Of a stretch of 64,000 nucleotides of DNA, positions 1-43,457 are shown piece by piece. Below the pieces are notes generated by a model. It searched no databases and was not told where the DNA came from. It saw nothing but the letters and a program-made list of their open reading frames with translations. Each line of letters begins with the position of its first letter. The first letter of the stretch is position 1. The DNA is taken from the NCBI GenBank assembly GCA_002269645.1, contig NIVC01001300.1, forward strand, positions 248,001-312,000. Reading direction: 5' to 3'. Origin of the DNA: Macrostomum lignano (Eukaryota). The position numbers and the translations under genes are program-made.

Positions 1-360
1 AGTTTGTGTCTGTGTGAGTGTGTCTCAGTTTCTGTCTGTGTGAGTGTCTCAGTTTGTGTCTGTGTGAGTGTCTCAGTTTGTGTCTGTGTGAGTGTCTCAG
101 TTTGTGTCTATGTGTGTGTGTCTCAGTTTGTGTCCGTGTGAGTGTCTCAGTTTGTGTCTATGTGTGTGTGTCTCAGTTTGTGTCCGTGTGAGTGTCTCAG
201 TTTGTGTCTATGTGTGAGTGTCTCAGTTTGTGTCTATGTGTGTGTGTCTCAGTTTGTGTCTGTGTGAGTGTCTCAGTTTGTTTTTGTCTGTGTGAGTGTC
301 CCAGTTTGTGTCTGAGTGTGTGTCCCAGTCTGTGTCCGTGTGAGTGTCTCAGTTTGTGTC
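1..360. repeat. Minisatellite, ~24-28 bp unit (GTGTGAGTGTCTCAGTTTGTGTCT)
   Basis: Directly visible tandem copies with variable (TG)n core; runs off the window start. Confidence 0.95.
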
Positions 361-431
361 TTCAAGTATTTTGTGTATTTGAATATGGCCTAAGCTGATT
401 GCGTACCGACTTTCTATTACGCAATTCTCAG

Positions 432-825
432 AAAAAGCCGCCAGCAAAGCCGCCAAAGCCGGGGTCGAAGAAAAAGCAGCAACAACAACCGCCGGCTTTG
501 CCAATTCGAAACAAAAAACCACTGCAGACTACTGTAAGTATTTAAGTTATGAACTTACTATTATATATTTATATAATCAGTTTAATGCACGTTAATCCTA
601 CAGAAAAGTGTATTTATCAATTTTCATAGTAAGGCGTTTTCACAATTCTTTGAATTCCAGTCGCCTGGCACAAGTGAAGAGTCGGAGACTGTATATGACA
701 CCATTGAGAATGACAGCTCAGTACCAGCCCAACAGCCGCAGCCGCTGGGACAGCAGCAACAAACCAACGCTGCATTGCCTACCAAGATTGATGTGAACAG
801 TTTCGCAAAACTTGAAAAATTTTAA
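432..825 (+). CDS. Gene 0: last two coding exons of an upstream gene (cytoplasmic tail, partial)
   Basis: Exons 432-533 (ctcag|AAA...ACT|gtaagt) and 661-825 (ttccag|TCG...TAA), both phase 0. They read KKPPAKPPKPGSKKKQQQQPPALPIRNKKPLQTT-SPGTSEESETVYDTIEND...FAKLEKF*. The rest of the gene lies outside the window. Confidence 0.7.
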
Positions 826-1963
826 CAAAGACTTCTAGACGTGACAATACATGTACGATTATGCGAAAGTTGACTGTGCATTTTTAATCTAGATTCGAGA
901 CATAATGTACAGAATTACCCTGACTTGGCTATCACAACAATCTCCTTTAACAAGTTCAGTAGTTTAAAACGATAAACAGCAAAAACACAAAACTTCACAA
1001 ACTTATTATTTTGCATATTTACTCGTAGTAGCTATGCACCCCAGCCCTCCACGCACTTCTACCCAGCTCACCTCCTCCCCGATGCCGAAGCGCTGGCCTT
1101 GCATGGACCCCTGCATGGCCTGAAGTCCAGGAATATGGTCCCCGATACGGAAGAATTCCCGAACCCATGACTTGATGTTTGTGTCTTGAAAAATTGCCTT
1201 GTGGTGTAATTTGAAGTCAGCCATTGGGTGTTGTAGAAAAGTCTTCTCTACACGGACAGAAAATGACTTGGGTAGCTATGCCAAGCTATGCTTCAATACA
1301 CAGAACTTTTTAAACAACGAGAAATATTATAAAATCGATTAACGAAATCAATGCGAATTTTCGGTAAATTTACTTACTTGTTTATCTGTGATATTTTATC
1401 TAATTTATCTTCGTCAACCGAACGTAGTCATAGTGTCACTTAGTCACGCGACACATACAAGTACATATCGGAGAGTTGTTTGTGCTGAAACAAAAAATTA
1501 CTTGTTTTTAAGCAAATTTAAAATATTCTGCTTTTCATCTAAATGTGTATTCCTTAGATACCTAACATTAATTGTATATAGCATATTTTAAACGAAATAT
1601 TTAAATTTTTGTTAAAATAATTTGAACACCTCGTATTTTAAGCTCTGTTATTTTTTGTTCTTTGTTGAATTGTTGTTATAGGGTTACTTATACTAGTGTA
1701 ATACGTGTAAAGCGGCCTTAAATTTTTAGATTAGAAGTATTAGTGTTGCGCTTCTAATACTACTTATCAGATTAGCCTCATTAATTTTTATTATGAGAGC
1801 TCTTATAAGAAGTTTATTGCTATAAGGCAAATTTATTTAATTATTCCAGCTACCAGTACAATGTGAGCAGGGACTCACAGCTAGCAACCATCAGACCGCA
1901 AGCCGTCAAGCCAATGAAAAAGGTCATATGATATTAAAGAGATCGTTTTTGTATTTAAACGTC

Positions 1964-4900
1964 ATGTGGCACCTGCTGGTTTTATCAACTGTGTTGCTTG
2001 CGTTGGGTTCTTCCGCTGCAAAGACGACTGGCAGTAAGCTTCTTAAGCTTTGTTTTAATGCATACAAAATAAAACTATTTTACTTTATTCAGATTTTACG
2101 TATTTTTGGTTATTGGATATTTATACTAAGGTAATTTGTAGAATTTTTCAAGGGGTACTTTTAAGAGGTAAATAAGGCTTTTAGACTAGTAGTTAGAGAG
2201 TCGGACTCACGACTGCGAGGTCTGGGGTCGATTCTACCACTAGGAATAATTTGTGTCCTTGAGCAAGACACTTAACTTTGCATTGCTTCAGTTCACCCAG
2301 CTGTAAAATGGGTGCCAGCATTAGCTGGGGTAATTGAGGGTGTGTGTGGCGATCACCCAGTCCTGAACTGAACAGCCGTACGCAGCCTTCAGATGCGCCG
2401 CGCAATAGCTGCGGCTGAGCTGTCGGTTGCACATCTGCCCATTTAAGGGCCGGAGTAATAAAAATATATAACAACTTTTTATCTAAGTTGTACACGTATA
2501 GAACCTTTAATGAGGAGCTAAATTTTTATTCACTTTTAGTCATTTAAAAACACACACTTTTTCACAGGTTGCAAGTGTGAAAACGGTGGCCAGTGTCCCA
2601 CCTCTGCCGCAACCAAATGCAACTGTCATGCTGGTTACTATGGTAACCATATATTCGTCATTACTTTAAATAATGCGGTTTCAATCCATAAGAATCCACT
2701 GATTCGCCAAACCGACAATTTTTAGGCCAACGCTGCGAACTGGACGTTGCCGACTGCTCGCCAAATCCTTGCACCAAGGGAGGCCAAGGAACGCTCTGTC
2801 TGGAGCGGAGCAACCGGACTCTGTACGGCAGGTCCGATCTGCCCTGGCCTTTCAATGAAACTTTTAGTTATTCTGTGGCTCCTGGCTTTGTCTGCTGGTG
2901 TCCGACTGGTGCCAAGGCTTGCTCGGCTGGTTAGTAAAATTTTGTTTTGCTGCTTGTCTGTTGCACTTGAATGGCCTTGGATCACTCAGTCTTTTCTTCA
3001 TTCTACCAGGGAACGGGACTTTACCAGGATCTTTCATTAGGGCTTTAGCATCAGGGGCTTTAGCACCAGGGGCTTTAGCACCAGGGGCTTTAGCACCAGG
3101 GGCTTTAGCACCAGGGGCTTTAGCACCAGGGGCGCCAGCACCAGGGGCTTTAGCACCAGGGGCTTTAGCACCAGGGGCTTTAGCACCAGGGGCTTTAGCA
3201 CCAGGGGCTTTAGCACCAGGGGCGCCAGCACCAGGGGCGCCAGCACCAGGGGCGCCAGCACCAGGGGCACCAGCACCAGAAGCGCCAGCACCAGAGGCTT
3301 CAAGGGCTAGAATAATATGTAGGAATGATAAGTGGGAATAATATGTAGCTATCATTTTTAGGTTATATTGACCGTCAGATAACATTGCTAATGTTCACTA
3401 CACCATGGGAACGGGATGTTCCCCTGTCCATTTTTTGGTAAAACCTATGTTTTGAATTTCTATCAATTTTCAGAAATAAATTTATGACTGGTAAACTGCC
3501 GCAGTGCAAAAATTTGATATATAATAGCGTAGTTTATTTTGTATTTTCTAAGAGGGTTGACCAAAAACATATGATATCCCTATAGTCAATGCATTGCGCC
3601 AACTTGGGTGGCAGGTTTTGATATCGGCTGTCGAGATTTCATGCAGTGTCAGTCAGAGTGACAGGCATTTAAATAAGGAGAGAAAGGTTTCAGCTTGGGT
3701 TTCAGAGGTGTCAGAGCGTCTTATTAGGTACTGGGGTATCTGATTATGTATCGGGTTGGCTAGTTGGGTATTGGAGTGTCTAACTGGGTATCGGAGTATC
3801 TAATTGGGTATCGGAGTATCTAATTGGGTATCGGGGTGTCTAATTTGGTATCGGGGTGTCTAATTGGGTATAGAGGTGTTGAAATGTTTGACAAAGGGTT
3901 GAACACGATGTCAGAGTGTCATATTGGGCGCCCTCTAAGTGTCAGGGTATCATATTGTGATGTCAGGTTGTCAAAGAACTTCAAAAAAGTTATTTATGAG
4001 TTTATCACCGTACAAGTCACTGATTGGACATGTTATTCATGCATGTACTTACAAAATAATAAAACAAACAGCTACTGGGAGTTCTCAATTTCACAAATCA
4101 ACTGCACTTGTCAGACATGCGGCGGTACCCCGAGATCAAACCGCCAGACTCTGACACTGGCATCTCTAGCGCTGTCACCATTGTGCTTGGTGTCGCTCTT
4201 GGAGCACTGCTCATCGTGGTGCTGTCGGTTGTGGCGCCTGCCGTCTTCACTGCGGTCTATCGAACTGTGAGAAGATTATAAAAGATTCCTACTTTTCTTA
4301 GCGCTTTCATAAGACCTAAATTTCGAAATGCCTAAAATAGTTTTTTTTATTTACCGGCTAATTTTTTTGCCGTTGTGGAAAGTAATTTTTTTATTTACAA
4401 GTCTCAACACCGACTGGTGAAGTTTAGGCATTGCAAAATTTAGTTACTATGATGAGGTTTAGCTGTTATGAAGTTCAGGTGTTATAAAGTTTAGGTGTTA
4501 TGAAGTTTAGCTGTTATGAAGTTCAGGTGTTATAAAGTTTAGGTGTTATGAAGTTTAGCTGTTATGAAGTTCAGGTGTTATAAAGTTTAGCTGTTATGAA
4601 GTTCAGGTGTTATGATGTTCAGGTGTTATGAAGTTTAGCTGTTATGAAGTTCAGGTTTTTGTAAAGTTCAAGTTATATGAAATGTAGGTGTTATGAAGTT
4701 TAGGTTTTTTTTGAAGTTCAGGTGTTATTAAGATTAGGTGTTATGAAGTTCACGTATTATAAAGTTCACGTGTTATGAAGTTCACGTGTTATGAAGTTCA
4801 GGTATTATGAAGTTCAGATGTTACGAAGTTCAGATGTTATGAAGTTCAGGTGTTATGAAGTTCAGATGTTACGAAGTTCAGATGTTATGAAGTTCAGGTG

Positions 4901-5503
4901 TTATGAAGTTTAGGTGTTATGAAGTTCACGTGCTGTGAAGTTCACGTGTTGTGAAGTTCAGGTGTTATGAAGTTCAGGTGTTGTGAAGTTCAGGTGTTAT
5001 GAAGTTCAGGTGTTATGAAGTTCAGGTGTTGTGAAGTTCAGGTGTTATGAAGTTCAGGTGTTATGAAGTTCAGGTGTTGTGAAGTTCACGTGTTATGATG
5101 TTCACGTGTTATGAAGTTCAGGTGTTGTGAAGTTCACGTGTTGTGAATATCAGGTGTTATGAAGTTCAGGTGTTGTGAAGTTCACGTGTTATGAAATCCA
5201 CGTGTTGTAAAGTTCACGTGTTGTGAAGTTCAGGTGTTATGAAGTTCACGTGTTATGAAGATCAGGTGCTATGAAGTTTAGGTCATGTAATTTTAGGCGT
5301 ATTAAAAGTGAATGCATGAACTTTTAGGCAATCGCTAACCTGAAACGAAGTGCTCACTGTATCATTAAGCATATAATTTTTGCCTGACAAAAGCACAAAA
5401 AAGCTATACTGAACTAACTTTTCGTTTTTTTCTAAATTTTCAGGGTCAACTGCCGTGCTGCTGCAAGTCCAGGCGACCAAGTTCAGAATTGGAATATTTT
5501 TAG
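1964..5503 (+). CDS. Gene A: small EGF-TM receptor with a Crumbs-type EGF (~179 aa)
   Basis: join(1964-2033,2568-2642,2726-2908,4115-4266,5444-5503) = 540 nt with consistent phases. Signal peptide MWHLLVLSTVLLALGSSA; EGF CKCENGGQC..CNCHAGYYGQRC; Crumbs-type EGF CLERSNRTLY..FSYSVAPGFVCWC; TM AVTIVLGVALGALLIVVLSVVAPAVFTAVY; tail GQLPCCCKSRRPSSELEYF*. The exon-3 donor (gtgcca) is weak and the exon-4 acceptor is uncertain. Confidence 0.7.
2176..2465 (+). mobile_element. tRNA-derived SINE with CORE-like central domain
   Basis: B-box-like GGGTCGATTCT (~2226) followed by GTGTCCTTGAGCAAGACACTTAAC...CAGTTCACCCAGCTGTAAAATGGG, resembling the MIR/CORE SINE core; A/T-rich end. Lies in gene A intron 1. 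Confidence 0.65.
3040..3300. repeat. 15-bp VNTR (GCACCAGGGGCTTTA / GCACCAGGGGCGCCA)
   Basis: About 17 tandem units in gene A intron 3; same unit as 50390-51830. Confidence 0.95.
3740..3870. repeat. 20-bp tandem repeat (TAATTGGGTATCGGAGTATC)
   Basis: About 5-6 degenerate copies visible. Confidence 0.8.
4450..5285. repeat. 16-bp minisatellite (AGGTGTTATGAAGTTC)
   Basis: About 50 tandem copies in gene A intron 4; a decayed remnant occurs at ~41930-42000. Confidence 0.95.
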
Positions 5504-6028
5504 TTTATAAAAAAACATAAAATCCAGCTTTTTACTTAACTATAAAACTTCATACTTGTAAAAGCCTTACCTGACTACTCGCAAGCTCTGTAAGTAGTGT
5601 AAGTAGAGGTCAAAGTGCAAAATTGTTAAAAAAAGATTTTAGACCTCAAAATTGGAAAATTTCAGCTCAAAACAGCTAATCGTCGCTAACAAAAGTCAAT
5701 GCTTTTTATTGTGCATTTTTTATTTGCAGTAGTTAGACAATTCAATGCATTTTATTGTTGAAATATTTGAAATTTTCTTGAGCCCCAGTCAGCTGCTTGA
5801 AATGAAAATATACCTGCGACTGATTTTAATTACTTTTATTTTTTATTAACCAGTATGGCAAATCTGATTCTTATTTCAATATTCATTATCTCATAAGTAG
5901 CATATTCAGCACAGCTATACTCATTTCTTCTATTTCAATGGATTCAAATTTGATTCAATTTGATTGCATGCTGCTCAAACTTGTGCGAGTTTCAAACTAG
6001 ATAAGCCTCAGCTCTGAGCTCGTCCGGA

Positions 6029-38378
<32,350 letters not shown>

Positions 38379-39679
38379 GCTGTTATACTTGTGCACACAT
38401 GGTAACAGGCCTCTTGATATTTAACTATTGTGTCTGTTTATAAACTTTTTTGTTCAAATATTTAGGACAATATTGTTACTCCAGTGAAGGTATTACAACA
38501 AAGAGGCTATTGTTTTTGTAAATCCAGTATTTTTTCTATTGCACGTACGTACAGTGTCTTGGTTTTTATCACATCGGTAAACTCAAATTCTTATGTGCGT
38601 ATAGATACGCTGTAAATTACATATATATATGCAGCTAATACCCATAATCATCATCATATCATTTTATTAAGCCTTCGCAGACAATAAAATACCGGTATTA
38701 TGATTGCCACTATATCCGCCGGTGAAATATTTACTAAGGAAACGCCCAGAACGAAATTGTCGATTTTCATTTCCAGGCTGCAAATTGAGTTTGTTTCATC
38801 TTGATATTTTTTACGAGTAAAAAAATTGCATAAGGTGCCTTTCTTATGAAATCAGATGTATATTTTTCTTCTTTTGTTTAGAAATTTTAGCCGAATTCGT
38901 CATAATAGACATTGTACAGAACATTCCAATCTGTGTTTTTTTTTCAACTGAAGTACCGTTCTTCTTTTTGTACAAGTAGAGGTTCAACATACTTTCAACA
39001 GCAAAGGGCTGCAATCACTGTGGTCATTGCTATTTTTATCTAATTTTATATACAGCTGTTCCAGACCATGAAATGTTATTAGGCTACGGTGTGTACCCTT
39101 TTCAATTTTTAACTTTTCAAAAATTGCATTCCTTCAGTTTATCTGTTTCTTTTTAAGTGAAGTGACTATTTTCGATCTGAAAAATTACAATCGCTGTTAC
39201 ACATTATTACATATATTACTAACGATTCTTTTGTCTTGGCTTTTCAAAGTACGAACGAAGTGTTATACGGGCATTGGTTTTAGTGATATTTTATCTGAGC
39301 AAAACAAAGATTTTAGCTTCCTTTTAAATAGACGAAAAGAATAGATGAATATCGTCATTCAATAATCGCAAGATGCTCGCCACATTGGGCAGCCCATAGC
39401 TCTGCGCATCATAAATATTACTGTTATTGCATGTATCTTGTTAGTCTTGACAGGACGTCCTTGAAAGGTTGGAAAAAACCGTCCTACGACGCACCGCCCA
39501 GATCACGTGACCATCTAGTTGAAGCACCAGCCAGATGGAGCAGGATGGTGCAGGGTTGTTGCAGCCACAACTACCTGGCGGTTATGACGCTCTTATCAGC
39601 TTGGAAGAGCCTGAAAAGATTTAAAATGTGTTAATCATTATTTAGCTCTGTGGCAACTACATTAAATTAAAAATTTTTT

Positions 39680-40010
39680 AACGACTTAAAGGACGCACCA
39701 ACGCCGTGTTCGAGGACTTCCGGTTATCTCGAACTGCTAGCAGCGAGCCCGGACTCCATCGTCTTTGACAGGAGCAATCAGGCCTGGCAAGCGGCGCACC
39801 TGCTCAGGAACGTTTTTAAATTCAGCTGCGAGGGACGGCCCTGAAGGTGCGCCTCTTCAGTGCGGCCGTAAAGCCAATCCTTTAGCATGGCATGAAAGCG
39901 GTGCCGATGACCGACACGCGAGAGCGAGCCCTGGACGCGCGGGCTACATGTCCCTGCTGCGCTACGCCCTGGGCATGCACAACCCCGAGAGGCTGCCTTT
40001 CAGAACGCCG
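39680..40010 (+). mobile_element. Degenerate RTE-like LINE RT fragment
   Basis: Broken frames read AWQAAHLLRNVF..LKVRLFSAAVKPIL..ERALD..YMSLLRYALG, resembling non-LTR RT C-terminal motifs. Confidence 0.55.
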
Positions 40011-40049
40011 GCCTACAGAGGGACGTCGAGCAGTTTGTGCACCAGTGTT

Positions 40050-40480
40050 CCGTCTGTAATCGACTGCCTGCAGCCACGTAGGCCTATTGAAAATGAGGAA
40101 TCATTGGCCACCCGCATCAAAAGACCATTGAGAGGGTCCACATTGACTGGGTATTCGTACAAGAAGCAATAGATCTACTTGTTGGACAGGTCCGCAGCCA
40201 ATTTAGTGAAATTCTTGAGAACAGTTTTCACTTGGTTTGGTGTACCAGAGCTCGTAGTTTCTAACAATGGGGGCAAGAGTTCACATCTGAAACCCTGCTA
40301 TCCGGGCTTTGGACTATTGGAGCGCAAAAATGGAAACAGCCCCTTACTCGCCGCAGTCGAATGGCACAGCTGAAAGAGCCGTTCAGACTGTAAAAAGAGC
40401 TTTGCAAGCTTGAACCCCGCGACTAACCCACTCCGATTTCAACGCCTTTCTGCAGAAAGTCCTTCTCTACCACCGCAATT
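40050..40480 (+). mobile_element. Degenerate Gypsy integrase fragment
   Basis: LRTVFTWFGVPELVVSNNG resembles the integrase core (..FGxPExxVSDNG). Confidence 0.55.
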
Positions 40481-40539
40481 CATCCAACTCGCGTGGTGCG
40501 ACGCCTGCTGAACTGGTCTCTGGTCGTCGGCTGCGCGTC

Positions 40540-40687
40540 CTCATTTAGGCGCCGCATACACTCATTTTGGCGCCGCAGACACTCCTTTTGGCGCCGCGGA
40601 CGCTCATTTTGGCGCCGCAGACGCTCACTCATTTTGGCGCCGCAGACGCTCATTTTGGCGCCGCAGACACTCACTCGTTTTGGCGCC
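40540..40687. repeat. 21-bp repeat CTCATTTTGGCGCCGCAGACA
   Basis: About 7 copies; related to 61131-61490. Confidence 0.85.
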
Positions 40688-40864
40688 TTAGATGCATTTG
40701 GGTTGCTATTAGATGTGCTCAAATAGTGGAGCACCCCAGAATACTTCACCAGCTTTGGCATCTATATGAGGTCCGTGGAATCGATTGCGATTGCTCAAAT
40801 TCCTGGGACGTTATCGATTGCAGCTTTGCTGCTAAGCTCAATGAAAATATTATTTGTTAAAACT

Positions 40865-41071
40865 GTGTTCCTCTTTTCTGAATAGGAGTGTAAATTCCCG
40901 CTGGGAAATTTGAGGGCCGTGTGAGCTTTCTAATCGCACACAGAAAGTTACGGCATGAATCATATCGCGTGAATGACACACACGCTCACACAAGATCACA
41001 CAGAGAGCTCACAAAGCCCTAGAATTTCCCGCCGGGAACTTACATCTTGCTTTTTTCTAAAAATAGAACAC
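40865..41071. mobile_element. MITE-like element with ~65-bp imperfect inverted repeats
   Basis: GTGTTCC..TGTAAATTCCCGCTGGGAAATTTGAGGGCCGTGTGAGCT at the left pairs with AGCTCACAAAGCCCTAGAATTTCCCGCCGGGAACTTACA..GAACAC at the right. Confidence 0.65.
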
Positions 41072-41715
41072 CTAAATAACAGGCAATTTAGGCTTGCATT
41101 TAGCTTGATGCGAGACTTGTTGCTTAATTCAGCCACGGAATGAAAGCATAGCTTTTACAGTGTATATAGAAATAAAGTTTTATAAGTAGATAAGGAATGC
41201 CAATGTAATGAGTAATTCTTCATGTAGTTATTTATGTCTAGTGTGAAATAAGCGAAGTTCACCTTAGTGTAAATTCCATATAAACTCAATAAATAGAATA
41301 TTCAGGTGCAAGCTCCCTTCAAGACTATGCGACCTATCACTTCACTATTATCTAATCTGAAAGCCCAACAATATCCGTGATTTATCAGTGGCAGGTGATT
41401 CATCAGCAATATTTGCAACATATTAGCAACAAAACTAGTGAGTGTTCGCGCTGTGAATTGTTTTAAACTTAAGCCTATCTTGAGCACATGGATTACATTT
41501 TGAACCATTTACACTGAAGGTTTAAAGGCTGCACTCAATAGTTTCCTGAGAATCGAGCCCAACTCCAATTTATAGATACATTTAAATTCATATTTATATA
41601 TCGCTTGAAATTATTCACTGCGTTTGTACACTTATGAGTACATTCGATGAAGATTGCTGTTTAACTACCTAAGACCTCTAAGACCTCTACCTTTTTCACC
41701 TCTAAAGCTTGTAGG

Positions 41716-43422
41716 ATGACATCTGGAGTGCTTCAGCAGCGGGTTAATCCGAGGCAAAAAATCATAAGGATGCTAATTATGATCGGTTTATCGTCAATTT
41801 TGTGTGTAAATGAAGCGATAGGAGGTTCAGGTAAGCCAAGTTCGCATGAAGAAAAGGTTTTTTTCATTTTACCGCCAATGAACTTGCCGTTACAGGAAAT
41901 TAGGATTTTCATTAACGATTCCCAACACAGTTGAAGTTTAGACGTTATGAAATTTAAATGTTATGGAATGATGTTATGATATTTAGGTGTTATGAATTCA
42001 TGAAAATTCTGTTGCCAATAGTAATTATTCTTCTCACGCTTAAATGCCTGTTAATAACTTTAGCTTTATGAATATAATTTTTCCACCACTGATTTTCAAT
42101 ATGAAGGTTCTGACGAGGACGCCAACGAATTGGCGCGGACGAGGCGAGCCGCCTGCAGCGAGGGCGACTGCAAGAATGGCGGGACTTGCTGGCCGGGTCC
42201 TGTGACGTCAAGCACTCCTCCGTGTCTGTGCACTGAGGCGTACACTGGTACATATTGCACTGTTAGAATAAACTTTTGTGCTACAACCTCCGATGGCAGC
42301 ACTTCATCAAGCAATCCCTGCCAAAACGGAGGCACCTGCAGCAACACAGACGCGAGCCCCTGGTATCACTGCAGCTGCGTTTACGGCTACACAGGTGGGT
42401 GACCCGCTGTAAATCAAAATGAAAAACTTTAAAAATTAAAAAACCTAGTAATATCAAAATAGCTTTTGATGTAACCGCCCTTGTCGCCTGTCCGCTCCTA
42501 TTGAGAGACGAACACTTGGCTAGAGGGGGCAATGACCGTAGGCTGCCTATGACCGGGCAATGACCTGACGGACCTCCAGCACCAGACTGTCCCGCCCACA
42601 TGATTAGTAGCTTTGGTAGCGCTTCGTGACCAGAGGGCCAAGGACCCACATGGACCCCACCTGTAGCCAAGGTGCAATAGTTGGTCACTCGGTCATGGTA
42701 TGACCGAGTGGCTGCCACCACTCTATGTGACCTGGCGCACCTGGATCTTTCTACCAGACCTCTCGAGGCTAGAGCCCCGCCTGGATTGGTTACCAGGGGA
42801 TTTAGGCTAACAGGGGAGACGCATGCAGCCGAGTACAGGGAATCTGCTTGGGGCATGATCGGGAACTCTGGGCTCAATCCTGGAGGATTTCTCAGCAGGG
42901 GATCCTTTGTGGCTGTGAGCGAGGCTGACTTGCGACTTTGATTACTAAGAGTAGTATGAGGCGAACATGCACTGTCTCCAGTTTAGATTGCTCAGGGCGA
43001 AGGGACGCGTTAGCATGGGGTTGCAACCTTCCTACTGCCATTCTGTGCCAAGACTCGCTAATCCCTCTACTGCACGCACACGCGGCCCCGCAGCACGCAC
43101 TCACAGGCGGGCTTTGCACGGGGAGAGGCCATTAGCTTACCCAAACTTCCTTATGCTTTGCCACCCCGGGAGAAAGGCTTAGCAAGCCATGAGTTAAATG
43201 ATGGTGAAAGATTGAATAATGATGAAGTTAGTTAATAGTTAATAATTAGGCCCTTAGGCAAATAAGCAGGCAATTAGGCGGCTTCACTATTGAGTAAAAT
43301 ACAGCAAAAGATGCGGTATCACAATTGGCTCAGCTCTCTAATCAGACAATGGAAAATAGGCAAACCCCGGATAAGCAAAGGCAATTGGAGCACAAATTAG
43401 TAACAGGAACTTACCGGCAGCT

Positions 43423-43457
<35 letters not shown>

